Notes: a model not told the origin generated them from the letters alone. 64,000 nucleotides of DNA from Lingula anatina (GCA_051362555.1 CM120647.1:19196651-19260650), one strand, 5' to 3'. Counted from the first letter of the stretch, positions 13,055 to 25,573 are shown. Program-made: numbers and translations.

Positions 13055-14635
13055 TTTTTTGCAAACTGTAAGCAAATAGCCCTTTTTTTTTTTTGCAAAC
13101 TTCTTGTGAACTGTAAGTTAATTTCTAAGTTTCTTGCAAAATTATCGCGAACTGTAAGTAATTGTCTAAGTTTCTTGCAAACTTGTTGCGAACTGTAAGT
13201 AATTGTCTAAGTTTCTTGCAAACTTGTCGCGAACTGTAAGTAATTGTCTAAGTTTCTTGCAAACTTGTCGCGAACTGTAAGTAATTGTCTAAGTTTCTTG
13301 CAAACTTGTCGCGAACTGTAAGTAATTGTCTAAGTTTCTTGCAAACTTGTCGCGAATTGTAAGTAATTGTCTAAGTTTCTTGCAAATTTGTCGCGAACTG
13401 TAAGTAATTGTCTAAGTTTCTTGCAAACTTGTCGCGAACTGTAAGTAATTGTCTAAGTTTCTTGCAAAGTTATCGCGAACTGTAAGTAATTGTCTAAGTT
13501 TCTTTCAAACTTCTTGTGAACTGTAAGTTGATGTCTAAGTTTCTTGCAAACTTATGGCGAACTGTAAGTATTTGACTAATTTTCTTTCAAACTTTTTGCA
13601 AGCTGTAAGTAATTGTTTAAGTTTCTTGCAAACTTCTTGTGAATTGTAAGTTTATGTCCAAGTTTCTTGCAAACTTATCGCAAACTGTAAGTAGACTGCT
13701 GAGTATCTTGCAAATTTTATGCAAACTAAGTAAATGTCATCTTGCAAACTTCTCCCAAACTATTAACAAATGTCTAAGTGTCTTCAGGTGTCTTCAGACT
13801 TCTCATAAACTAAAGTTTATAAATTTCTTAGTTTCGTGCAAAAATCTCATAAGCTGTTAGTTAACTTGGTCTTTTTTTTTCTTTTTTTAAACTTAATACT
13901 AATATTTTGGCTTGAAAATGGCACTTCCTGACACCCATGCTCAGTGCAAACATCATTAATTTAACTGTATGTTAGTAAAAAAAAGGTATGGACTTTCTTG
14001 CAAAACTCAGGCAAACTTTTATATGAAAAAGAATTTGCAAATTTGCTGCAAACATGAAATAATTTTTTGCAATTTCTTGCAAATGAATTAACTTGGTGTG
14101 TATAAAAGCTGAGTTTCTTGCAAACCTTTATGTAAATGAGGAGTTTATTGCAAATTTACTGCATTTGCAACAATGTTAGTCTTTCTTGCAAACTTCCTGC
14201 AAAATGTTATGTAAATGAAGGTTTTCTTGCAAATTTTCTGCAAATTTGCAACAGGGTATATTTATCCTTGCAAACTTTCTTCAGGCTTTTATGTAAATGA
14301 GCAGTTTCTTGCAAATTTGCTGCAAATTTGCAACAGTGTATAGTCTTTCTTGCAAACTTCCAGCAAACTTTTATGTAAATGAGGGTCTTCTTACAAATTT
14401 GCTGCAAATTTGCAAGAAAATAGAAGCTTTCTTGCAAATTTGCTGCGAATTCGCTAGAAAATGATAGTTTTCTTGCGAACTACCTGCAAACTTTTAATCT
14501 TCCTACAAATTTGCAGCAAATTTGCAACAACTGTGATTTTTCTTGCAACAACCTGCAAACAGTTTCTTGCAAACTATTTGGTTTGCAGCAAATTTGCTGC
14601 AAATTTTTTGCAAGTTTGCTGCAAACTTTTCATTT
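13055..14635. repeat. Right subterminal arrays of the CACTA element, including a homogeneous 41-bp tandem repeat (~13125-13700)
   Basis: Unit aagtttcttgcaaacttgtcgcgaactgtaagtaattgtct with period 41 (13147 to 13188), followed by more degenerate ttcttgcaaa units up to the TIR. Confidence 0.9.
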
Positions 14636-15038
14636 TGCTAAGGGTTGACACATTATTGAAGTTAATTGTAAACAAACGCACTTTTGTTAATGACAGTTAA
14701 AATAAAGGCATTCTTTATGCAAGTTTATGAATATTCTGTGCTTGAGGAGACATTGACCTGTGTACTGCACCACAAATGACACATGAGTCCGATATTACAG
14801 TCGCTAAAAATTATGAAGATTGAATTTGGATGTTTTCTAATTGCATAACTGTACTTGACAAGAGACATCAAATAGATTCATTAATTCTACACTTGACGCA
14901 ATCCTTATTTTTTAAATGAAGGGCTAGTTATAAATGAAAGTTGTATAATAGTTTCCAAGTTTTTGTAATCGTGCAACACACTGTCAGTATTATTACTTTT
15001 TGTATTTCCATAAAACATTTAAAACGAAAAAGATTCAG

Positions 15039-15345
15039 ATACAAGCAAAGACCCTGAACTTCGATGACTATCAACTTAAAGCAGATTATGCAGACAATTA
15101 ATGGACAACGTTGCTGCCAACATTTGTCAAGAAGACCAAGTTATCTTAACAGGTCATTGATAAAGAATTAGAGTCAAGTGAGGTATTGGTATGACTGTCT
15201 GTTTACACCGATGAGATACGCCTTAGCAACGTGAAACACAGCCCTGAAGAGGTAATGCAGTAACCCTCGTGCAAGTACATTGTAACTACTAAAGACTAGG
15301 GTGCTGTTCATGTGCGTGGGACACAAATATTGAGTTGGGGAGGAG
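15039..15345 (+). pseudogene. Decayed coding-like segment C, copy 1 (homologous to 26486-26790)
   Basis: One frame with several stops: KTLNFDDYQLKADYADN*WTTLLPTFVKKTKLS*QVIDKELESSEVLV*LS. It aligns without gaps to KKLNFAYCQFKVDYVDNSKTTLPPTFAWKTKLYKQVSDKDIDSSAVFVCLS in copy 2. Confidence 0.4.
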
Positions 15346-15777
15346 CATTCGGAAATAAACTAATATGCATGGATACTTTCGTTACCCATGTAAGTCAAGA
15401 GGTGTGTAATATCATTTTATTTAGCATGATCGGCGAAGAACAACATTCCTGTGTTTAGAGAGAGCGGATTTAATTGTAATAAGACATTTAACTCAGTAAA
15501 ATGTGAATCTCAATTCGTATTTTCTGCAATGTCAAAAGGTTCAACCTTGGACGCATACCACATGAACATTGATGATCTAAGTGTCCACTAACAAAACCAG
15601 GGTATCGTCGAATACACGGTGCACTTTCCTTTCTTGATAGAAGATAATAAATGCATATAATTTATAATCAATAATTGATAGTATTTTGCCAGAAATATAA
15701 ATACAGAGTACCAGGGGAGATAAGCTAGTGTCGCAGTGCATCATATGCCGACGAAGCTAGTGATAAGCGATAAGCTA

Positions 15778-16705
15778 CACACAATGGACAATAGAAGTGT
15801 CACCCCTACTGAACCAATACTTTGAGGGAGATAAATGACTGTGGAGTGATATGCTACTGGTATCATTTTATTAACATCAAATTTCACACAAAAAAGATGT
15901 AGACCAGGCATTATAACTACTCAAGATCTGCCTACTTTGACTATTAAAACCAGGAGGCGCCACTGACTGAGCTGCCCGGGCTGTTTGTGGCTCTCCTAGT
16001 TTTGTGATTTTTGTAACTAGAAGGAGAGGCTTGTCCAAGCCTTTATAACTTCACATCTTGACTACGGAGACAGTCTACTGTATGGTCTTCCTACCTACCA
16101 AAATGAAAAATTGCAATCTGTCCAAAATGCTGCAGCACGACTACTGACCAAAATTCCTCTCAGATCAAACATTTCATCCATTTTATTCCAACTACATTGG
16201 CTTCCTGTACGACAGAGAATTATTTTTAAATTACTGTTGTTTGTTTTTAAATTCACCAGAGGTGAATGCCCCTCATATTTTAACTCGATGCTACATCCAA
16301 GTACACCCAGTCTCACCAGGTCTACCAGATCCACCTCCACTCCTTGTTTTATCAGAAATGATAATAAAAAAAACAACCAAAACCTACGGCCACAGGGCAT
16401 TTTCAATTTCAGCACCCATTTGATGGAATCAACTACCCTCACACATTCGGACTGTTGATAGTGTTGAGGTTTTTAAAAATGATTTAAAAACATAATAATT
16501 TGCACAGTATTTTAATTAATATTTTCTCATTTTATCAGAAAAAAGTTTTATTGTTCAGACCATTACTATTTTAACCAGCTTTAATTATTTTAATTGTTTT
16601 TTGCCATAGCTTTTATTATCTACATGTAATTAGTTGTAATCCTGATAATTTTACCTGTAAACAGCACTGAGACGGTAGTGTAGTGCGGTTTTAAGAAATT
16701 ATTAA

Positions 16706-16757
<52 letters not shown>

Positions 16758-16804
16758 TACGTGATGATGACTCTGATTCAAGGACTTCTATTGTCCATTG
16801 TGTG
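15778..16804. mobile_element. Tc1/mariner MITE (deletion derivative of the 21117-22503 family) interrupted by a LINE fragment
   Basis: TA|CACACAATGGACAATAGAAGTGTCACCCC ... CTTCTATTGTCCATTGTGTG|TA. The internal sequence matches the ends of the Tc1 copy. Confidence 0.85.
15946..16755 (+). mobile_element. 5'-truncated L2/CR1-type LINE 3' end with a (TTA)n tail
   Basis: LQSVQNAAARLLTK...ISSILFQLHWLPVRQRIIFKLLL...KTYGHRAFSISAP is a typical L2/CR1 ORF2 C-terminus. It ends in a stem-loop followed by (tta)n. Confidence 0.85.
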
Positions 16805-16941
16805 TAGTGATAAGGTCCCTTTTTTAATTATGTCAGCTTTTAACGAATAGAAGAGAAACTGTTACAGACGATATGAAGAACGTCAACAGAGAAATGATTA
16901 TTCGTAACCAATTACTGTTTGATTTATAACCTCTTAGTGGA

Positions 16942-17019
16942 GACTCCGTGGTGCAACGGTAGCGGGTCTGACCTTTGATAAAAGATTGCGTTATCAACAT
17001 GTTCAACACAGCACGCTCA
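16942..17019 (+). pseudogene. Degenerate tRNA-Trp-derived sequence, copy 2
   Basis: gactccgtggtgcaacggtagcgggtctgacc is a near-perfect tRNA-Trp 5' half. The anticodon and T arm are disrupted. Confidence 0.7.
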
Positions 17020-17745
17020 TAATGCTTTATTTCTTTAATGTAATCCAGGAAATCGCGCGTCTTCTGGACAAAAAGAGGGTTTTTGTCGTACCATTACTGT
17101 ATCCCCCAATTGATGTAATATGTATGTTAGCATTTATTACATCCATGCAAAGCGTCCGTTGATATGCTGTAAACAATTTAAATGGTGGTGAAAGCTAACA
17201 AGGTAACAATTCAGTCAAAAATCTCCTCTTGCTTTTTGCTGCTTTTTGCTTATGACTTGGTCGGTAGCGTGGTAGCCCCCCCCTCCCACTCCCAAACCCC
17301 AACTCAATCCTACGCCTCTAATGAAAGCAGCGAGAAAAAACAGTACCTTTTACGGTTAGGCCACGAATCAAGTCTCAATATATAAGAACATCTTTTTATT
17401 GCTGTAGTTGAGATGAACACAGTCAACCGTTGACCATTCTCAGTTGTGCTATGGACAGCGTTCGTCAACAGCTAGGACATCGAAGTCAACCATTTGATGG
17501 GCCAATCAATTGTGCGTGTTGACATTAAAGCTGTTTGAAAACCCAAGGCTCTTGTTACTCACTTCTTCTCGATCTGTGAACATAAAATCGAACCCTACAA
17601 CAACACGTAGTAAGAGTGTGGAGCGGGCGGTTCGAGTCCGTTTTTAGAATACTGTAACTTTTTTTTCTTTTTTTAATTATTAAGATCAAGATCTAATCCA
17701 TCTGAAGGAATTTCTAAGTGTGCACTCAGCTCTACTGTTCGCTCT

Positions 17746-18016
17746 ACCATTCAGAACAGATGAACCTCGGATCCACTGATCCGCGGATTAAATATGGCGT
17801 ACCCTAGATGAAAGCAAGACCACTTAATCCACGGTGGTCTCACAGCCTGCACACACGTTATTAAACGGAGTAAAGCTCAGCTCTGAGGTTTAATTGCAAG
17901 CCCCTTGCAGTGGCGGCACGTGTGGAGGCGGGGAGACCATTTTGGAGCCATTGCGGTCTTAATTTCATGTAGGGTCCGCGAATCTGTAGATCCGAGGATC
18001 ATCTGTTCTGAATGGG
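17746..18016. mobile_element. MITE-like element with ~40-bp imperfect inverted repeats
   Basis: ccattcagaacagatgaacctcggatc...ccgcgga is inverted relative to tccgcg...gatccgaggatcatctgttctgaatgg. Confidence 0.7.
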
Positions 18017-19568
18017 CTATAAATCTAATTTATTTCTATTTTTAATCTATTTATTTCTTAAGTCTAATAATTAAAAAAAAAACTAAACAAATAGTTATGT
18101 TTTCGTAAACTGCTGCTTCAAGAGGTCTTCTAACACAATCATTTTTTAAAAAATAATATTAATGTTATTAAATATTTTCAGTTAGGCAGGCGAAAAACGC
18201 ATGCTTGAATATATAAAAGAGATATAAATAGATTAATTAAACGGCATCTATGTTGCACACGCACACACGTAGAAAGAGAGAGAGAGAAAGACCAGTTGGA
18301 TTGAACTCTCAAGTTGGAATTGCGTTGGACAGTTTGATAATTCGATGCATACTAAAATCTTTGACTTATGTGAACTTAGTTTGTGTGGCATATCTTTATG
18401 GGCCCATGTAAGACGAAGAAAGGCAAGATATGCTGATACTTCGAGCACATAAAATTTCAAGATCACTATATTCAAAAGCGATTAAATTCCAGAGAACCAA
18501 TCATGTTTTTTTTTTTTTTTTTTTTTTTTTTGCAATTCTATCCGTGTTAATTTGTATAGAAGTATATTCCTCAATCATTTAAAATCCGGCTGCACTTGAC
18601 ATTCCGCAAATGAACGCGATATTGGATTTGTAATTTGTATTGCATTTTCAGTCATTGTACATTTAACATTGGTTTCAAAAGGACACGAAAGTGTGTTGTT
18701 CAGCTAAGAAGTCTTTCGAGAAGGCTGAGATGTCAAAAATCAGACTTTTTACTTAACCATATGTTCAAAACTGCGCATTCATACAGAATCTTCACTTATT
18801 TATATCAGCGAGGCAGATATGTTAGTAAATTAGTTGGCGATTACAAACGAAAACAATCTTTTTTTCAGAATAAAAATAAACGCGAATATTTGAGATGTTC
18901 TGAAATATTTCACGAATTAGGTATGCTAGTTTCATTTCAAATATGGCATATCAGAAAAAATGTTTTGTATTTTAGTACCTACTGGTAGGTCATCGTCCAT
19001 TTGTCTTGTCTTTTTAAAACATATGTCTGTTTCCAACCATCTTGTGCTTAGCCTTATTATGGTCGTATTCTCATAATGTCAGCTTAAATAACGATTATTT
19101 GACATTCTTTAAGGTCACAAGAACAAGCATAAAGCTAAAAACATATTGGGTTGGTATTTATTGACAAAAGGGACAATCATCAAAGGGTTAATTTTTATGG
19201 GATCGGTAGAACATTTTAAAGCGAAATTGTTACTATCAACATATTTCTTCATGTCGATACACGCTGAAAAAAGGAGATGTAATCATTTGTGTCCATTTCT
19301 ATATTCACTTATTGTATACAGTTTGCATATAATATATGATCTTAGAAAATAGAAATTAATATTAAGTTATAGTGCACAGACCAACGCAACATCAGTCTGC
19401 AGCTAGACAGACTTCATTTTCATTAGCCACATATTGTCAATTGCCACATACTGTAAGTCAAGATTGTCAATGTTTGTCCCTTCTCAATTAGATTGTTCCA
19501 TGGAAATATAACGTGATTGAAACAAAACTGGGGAGAACAAGCACGTCCTCAAACAATACTGAAAAGTC

Positions 19569-20113
19569 CTAGTAGGTGATGGCTTTTAAAGCAGACCCAC
19601 CAATGGCCAGGATAGTTCCAACATTCTCCTTGCACCATTCCCAGACGCTCACTGCTGCCCTCCTGAGTTTTAGACGCCAACTTTCCCGTGAGGTTATGGC
19701 GACCCCGTGCCCAGATCCTGCAATATCCACGACGAATCTGTTACTTCGACTCCCTGCAAACAAACATTCGTAGAGGTTGTCGCCGTGGATAGATATTTCA
19801 GCGTTCCTCCATACCCAACTTGGGTAGTCAGAATCCGCCACCAGGGCAATGGCCGCTTGCAACACTTTATGGTCACGTGCTGTGAGTTTTCTTCCCTGTT
19901 TTAATTTCTGGATGTCTGATGTGGCAATGTACGGGTTACAATCCCCGCCCCACTGTACAAAATAAAAGAAAACTATTATATATTCAATATTAACAACAGA
20001 CGAACGTCTTGGTGGACAACTGACAAAATTCATATTTCATGATCATTTACCGATGCAGAAAACAAAATTGAATGAAAAAAACTTACCGTAGCGGTCGATT
20101 CACTATTTCCCAT
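19569..20113 (-). CDS. Family A copy 1: two exons (20113-20087, 19952-19569), 136 aa, MGNSES myristoylation-like start, C-terminal amphipathic/hydrophobic tail; unknown function
   Basis: ATG GGA AAT AGT GAA TCG ACC GCT ACG|gtaagt ... ttttattttgtacag|TGG GGC is a phase-0 intron with an open frame to TAG. Clear paralogy with the ORFs at 31829, 32285 and 46970. Confidence 0.8.
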
Positions 20114-21116
20114 GATTAATCTCTTAACTTACAGAATCAAGTCCCCTAGTGACTGCTCGCGGGCGGTAGCTTTTGTGTGGTATTATTTTTTCAATTAAAA
20201 TCCGTTTAAGGAAAGGAAACCAATATATCATACAGGTAAGAAAAGACATCGACGGGCGAGAATTGATTGGTCGAGCATAATGTGTACATTACCTTTTAAG
20301 GACGCGGTTTGGCGTAAGGGGCAAGGTAAGGTGATTTACTATCAGAACAGATGCTGATTTGCGATGCCCTATATGAGCAGCAACTCAATGGCCGACAATA
20401 AGTGCCAAGGCGTCGAAAAATAACAATCCGCTCGGGAATGTTAATTGAATGAAAATTAATTCCTCCAACATTTGGTTCAACCAACAACAATTTATGCATT
20501 CAATTATCTTCGAAGGGGTCATTTATACCTGCATATTAACAAATTTGCTATCAAAAACCCATTGACAATAAAGGGTGAAATAACCAGTTAATGTTTTAAA
20601 ATGATTATACAGTAAACGAACTGCGCATTTTGCAATCTGTTAATTAAGTTCAATCTCTCTGACAGGCTTAACCCCCTTACAGAATGTTCTTGAGAATGAA
20701 CTATAAATTTACCAAGAGGGGGCGTCTTTCAGATAAGATAAATTATTAAAGCACCGTTGCCTTAACAAAGCAATAAACAGAAATGGCTATGACACCCCTG
20801 ATCACTGCTCAAAAGTCATAAGACCTTTTCAAGCGGGCACAGTAACGTTGGATCGATGTTGAAGTCGCGTTGCAGCTTTGATCAACGTAAATTCGAAGTC
20901 CAATCATAGTCAATCTAGCCATGTCAAGACACGTTACACTGATACAATGCCGTGATTCCTCAGCTTCCAGCGTTTAAATTACTTAATAAGTTCAACATTA
21001 ATAAGATGCTAGAATAAAGTTGGACTTAAGAGTTTGATCAACGTAAGATACACATTTTCTTTCAAATAATAATTTTACACCACTCAAATATCGTTTCTAA
21101 TGCAATCCAAGATGTA

Positions 21117-22503
21117 CACACACTGGACAATGGAAGTGTCACCCCCTAAATCAGAGTAATAAAAGTAGGCAGATCTTGGGAAGTTATAATGCCTGGTCTA
21201 CTTATAATGTGACTAATGAGAATAAAACCGCTATACCATGGAATTGTATTGTTGGTCTTGTACATGTACAGCAAATGTTATTCCTGTCTTCCTCAAATAT
21301 GGCAAGATACAGGCAATTATCTAACGGTTATAGGTGCAAGTTATTAACCTGAAGAGGCGGAATATAAGCAATGTCAGAATATCGATACAATTGAATTGTT
21401 CAGTCAGAACCATGCAGAGGGTCTGGTATCGGTATAGAAACACTGGATCAATAGACAAATTGCCTCTGATGGGTCGTCCAAGAAAAACTACTGGCCGTGA
21501 AGACCGACGACTGATTTTGATGTCCAGGTTGTCAAAGTTCTACATTGCTTGTCAGTTGACAACACAGTGGAACAATTTCACACATAAGCATCTGTCTGTG
21601 AAAATTACTAGGCGTCGGTTACATGCTCAGAGAGTGTACAGCAGGATAGCAAGACTGAAACCTCTTATATTGTTACAAAACAGGCAACATAGAGTAAACT
21701 AGGGTCAACAGGATCTGGAACTGGACAGTCCATGCCAATTGGTCCTATATATTTTTTTCTGATGAGTGTCGCTTTTGTCTGACCTCTGATGACAGACGGG
21801 TACGATGCTGGCGAACTGCTGGTTAAGCATTTAAACCACATGCACTGAATTTTCGAACCCGGAGCAGCATATTTATTATGGTGTGGGGCTGCATCAGCAT
21901 CCATGGCGTAGGCAAATTGATAGTGGTTGATGGAAACATGAATCACTAGAAATATATCGATGTTTTGGAGTCAGGTTTGCTACCATCTATTACTAACATG
22001 TTTGGTGACAGGAATTATCCATTTGTTCACCAGGATGACAATGCTCCTTGTCACAGGCCCAGAGCAGTTGACGATTGGTTTGACTAACAGGGCATTCGCA
22101 GGGTGATGTGGCCTGCCCAGAGTCCGAATGCAAACATAATAGAAAATGTGTGGAATGATATGTCAAAACTTTTTACAAATGCCCGTCTAACCAGCAGAGA
22201 AACTCTGTTATATTCAGTGTTTCATACTTGGGCCAGCATAAGCCCTGAACGCATCAGACATTTATATGAATCCTTGCCTCATAGACTGGCATCTATTTTT
22301 AAGTCACGTGGCTATGCCACTAAGTACTAATTTTGGACTTGAAACTGCATATTTTGGTAGAATGTATATTTTGTTCTCATTTTGTGATTTTTTGTGAAAT
22401 TTGATGTTAATAAAATGATACCAGGAGCATATCATTGCACAGTCATTTATCTCCCCCATAGTGTTGGTTCAGTAGGGGTGACACTTCTATTGTCCAGTGT
22501 GTG
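21117..22503 (+). mobile_element. Full-length but decayed Tc1/mariner (DD34E-like) transposon, 1387 bp
   Basis: TIR CACACACTGGACAATGGAAGTGTCACCCC / GGGGTGACACTTCTATTGTCCAGTGTGTG with TA TSD. The broken ORF (~21299-22330) has GRPRKTT, FSDE, HQDDNAPCH and WPAQSPNANIIENVW. Confidence 0.93.
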
Positions 22504-22791
22504 TATGTAAAACATTATATCTGACAAAAAAAATGATTATACTTGCAACGTTAAATTGATCTCATTAAATTAAGTTTGTGTTTTGGAAACAACAGAAAAT
22601 TCATGTGAAGTGTCCAACATGGATTGCCATTTAAAAAGGTAAAAGGTCCACTTTTTCAGAAAAAGACCCCCCCCCCCTTTTGTAATTGCTGGCTACGGGC
22701 CTGTAAAATTGACTCGAAAATTGATACGATACCTAACTAGGGCATTTGTCCCATAGGACCTTTTTGGCCAATTTCTCAACGGGTCCTTTAG

Positions 22792-22959
22792 CAGGGGTGG
22801 ATCCAGAGACATTTTCTGACAGTCTTCCAAATTATCTTTGTTGATCCATCCTCCACTTCTGACCGTCTTCCGACAGAAAAAATAAGATACCTGTTAATGT
22901 AAACTTGAAAATCTGACCGTCTTCTGGAAGACCCAGAAGACGGCCTCAATCCGCCCCTG
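22792..22959. mobile_element. Small MITE-like element (CAGGGGYGGAT...ATCCGCCCCTG termini)
   Basis: Terminal inverted repeats. Same terminal type as 56273-56639. Confidence 0.55.
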
Positions 22960-23662
22960 TTTAGGACCACCTTACTATATGAAATTGCAAGTTTTCGTTA
23001 AAGAAGAGCAGTGAACAGGAGACAAACTTCGGTTCTAAACTTAGTGTACAGACACCTTCAGATGATAATAAAGGAAAAATAATACAAATCTTTAACACAA
23101 ACATTATATAATCTAATTAATAGATAACAGGACGCGACATGAGGCCCAGATGTAAAGCCAGTAAACGAACACAAACTGATCATTTCATCATATCTGGTTT
23201 CCTATTTGCTGTCTGAATCCGTATTTAATAGAACATTTAAAGATATGTATTTATTTATTTTTGACAAAAAGCTGCTGTTAACAGGATGTAGTTTAAGCAG
23301 TGTGAACGTACTTTTCCTACACTTGGTATTGTACGTTTTGGTAAAATTTCGTCATTTTTTATATGAATTTAAATAATTCTCATTTTTGAAATATTTTCTG
23401 GTGTGTTTCATTAAATGTGCATCCTATATTTGTTGAAGATAAAAAAAATCACACTACCCTACTGGCGTTTCAAATAATGTCCTTGATAGTACAAGTTGTT
23501 ACTTAACTTATGAGCATCAGTGTAAATCTTGATTCGCATGTGTTATTGGCGTATGAGGCAACACATTAAGTGTGTATAGTGTAACTGTTAAGTGTAACTG
23601 AGACATTGAAAGTCAGTGCTTTCATTGACTCAGGCTGTGGGTTTGACTTCAGTAAGAAAGCG

Positions 23663-25573
23663 ATGGGAAACTATTTCCATTCACCTTCTAAGGAAAGCCA
23701 ATATACGGCACAGGTAAGTGATGTTTACCTGTTTGACAGCCTTTGCTTTTACTGGTTTGATTTCCACTGTTCCTACACGTTATATGTGAAACCGCATAGC
23801 TGTCAAAACCGAATGTATAGATAGGTGAAGTAGGCCTGTTATATGTAGATACCGGTAGAGACACTTTGTCTTTATAAAATCAATTTCGTTTATTGCGACG
23901 AGGGCAAGTATCAGCGGTGAAGAAAGTAAATTACTGATCTGATGACATAATGATTTATGGATGATTTTCTAACTTAGAAGGGCACTCTAAGAAAATAAAT
24001 AAATTAATTAATAAAATGTCCTTTAAGCGGGCCCCGAACCTCACGCCAAGGGGTGGGGGAAGGGTAGGCTAAGCATCCGCGAAACCCCCCTTCAAATAAT
24101 CCTGGACCTGCCCTTGGTATCATGCATGATGGTGACTAAATTGGTCGGTCTCTGTGAACCTTTTCACCTGATGGTGTCCAAAATATTAGTTGAGACCGGT
24201 TGGTCTAATGTGCGATCACAGTGCTCAGTGAACTGCTGTGTACTTTTCCACGTACGGATGAAAGCGGTGATAGCGATGTAAGAACACGGTCTCTCCAGCG
24301 GACATTCGACAATCCTACTATATAACAAACGTCTCTGCTGTTTTCCAACTTCTTACAATGTACATGTAGCTATGGTCCAGATTTCTGACCCGTATAGCTA
24401 TTACGTATTGCCATAAACCCGACTTAATGTAACCACAGAGTTTCGTTTTTTTTTATATTATATGTCAAATTTAAAAACCAGCTTTATTGGGGGAGGGGTC
24501 GGAATTAGCTATGTGATATAAACGTTTCAGTCAATGTATCTGGTACAAAATGAAAGTAAAGACTCCAAGTGAAAAAAACAACGATTATAACATATTCTTT
24601 TGTTTAATTTGACGAAATAATTATGACGTGCAGATACCAGTATTTGCCTTTTTAATTTACAAAAATGATTTCACCACTATCTTGAAATTATAGTCGCCAT
24701 CTTGGAAAATCTGAACATGTAAATTATGGGGAATGACTAAAATTTTGTGACCATTTTGTGACCGCACATTTTAAAAGTGTAATGTACAGATGATACTTTA
24801 AAGTTTATTTGCATATTTATTATGTAGCTGTAGGGTATGAATGCAATTACGACCGTTTCAGATTCCAGTACAAACAGAAACAAGGAGAAACTAGAAAAGC
24901 ACTCCGAGAGCGCATATCTCCGCCAAGGCAGCGATTTTTTTTATTATTATTGATCATTGATTGATTATTGATCCGGATCACTACCAAAAACTAATCATCT
25001 CTTCCTTGGCCCACTTCTGACAGATCCTGTTAACTTTTTAAGTTATGTTGATGACAGACAAACAAACAAACAAACATACAAACAGGGGTGAAAACATAAC
25101 CTCCTTGGCGGAGGTAAAAAGTAAAGGCTTAAAACTCTAAGAGTCATCAATCATTAAATATTTAAGGGTGAGCCAATTCTTGAAGCACATGTATGATAGC
25201 TTTATGATTAACTCTTCTCAGCAGTTGTGTATTTGAAATCAAACGTTTTCATCTCATATATGAATGCCCTTGCTTTTAGGAGAACGTTAAGGAAATCAAC
25301 AAAATTACCCTAGGGCGTCTAATTGTGAAATGGGTTGGAAACGAGGGCACGAATGACACCTTCGAGTCAGAGGCGTTGAGAGAACTTCTTCAGCATGCGA
25401 TATCTTCCCTCGAAACGCAGACAAAAGAAGTGTGGGCTAACGCTGAGCTGGTGATATACGACAAGGAAGGCAGGTCTCTGAGTGTCCGTTCTGGTAATGC
25501 AGTCCACAAGTTCCTTTTGTCACACGACGGGAAAGATACACCAAAGATAACAAAAATGAAGCACGGTTTCTGA
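23663..25573 (+). CDS. Family B copy 1: two exons (23663-23713, 25280-25573), 114 aa, starts MGNYFHSPS; unknown function
   Basis: Exon 1 MGNYFHSPSKESQYTAQ|gtaagt. The acceptor gcttttag|GAG AAC GTT AAG is in frame with the 25325 ORF. Paralogous to the 33682 and 48557 ORFs. Confidence 0.8.
24888..25120. mobile_element. Non-autonomous Helentron/HINE-like short element in the B1 intron
   Basis: Subterminal inverted repeats ctccgccaagg / ccttggcggagg, an (acaa)n microsatellite next to the 3' repeat, and A-rich flanks. Confidence 0.6.

Larger units (their letters stand above)
5003..14644. mobile_element. Non-autonomous CACTA/EnSpm (CMC)-type DNA transposon, ~9.6 kb
   Basis: TIR CCCTTAGCAAAAT / ATTTTGCTAAGGG. 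2-bp TT duplication on both sides. Dense subterminal arrays of TTCTTGCAAA/TTTGCTGCAAA at both ends. Internal transposase remnant at 12131-12610. Confidence 0.85.

Noticed and set aside
13125-13700. Regular 41-bp repeats as a CRISPR-like array
   Set aside because: The units are contiguous with no unique spacers, the context is eukaryotic, and they share the TTCTTGCAAA motif of the CACTA subterminal repeats.
16942-17019. Functional tRNA-Trp genes
   Set aside because: All four copies lack the CCA anticodon and have broken T arms/B boxes.
19388-19426. Family A as selenoproteins
   Set aside because: The hairpin has a SECIS-like core, but helix II is far too short and the apical adenosines are missing. 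A1 and A3 end in TAG and TAA with no internal in-frame TGA.
19953-20033. ORF-track N-termini of A1 (MNFVSC...) and A3 (MSSVSI...IYIYI)
   Set aside because: These run through introns containing polypyrimidine tracts and microsatellites. The spliced models with canonical GT-AG sites at conserved positions are better supported.
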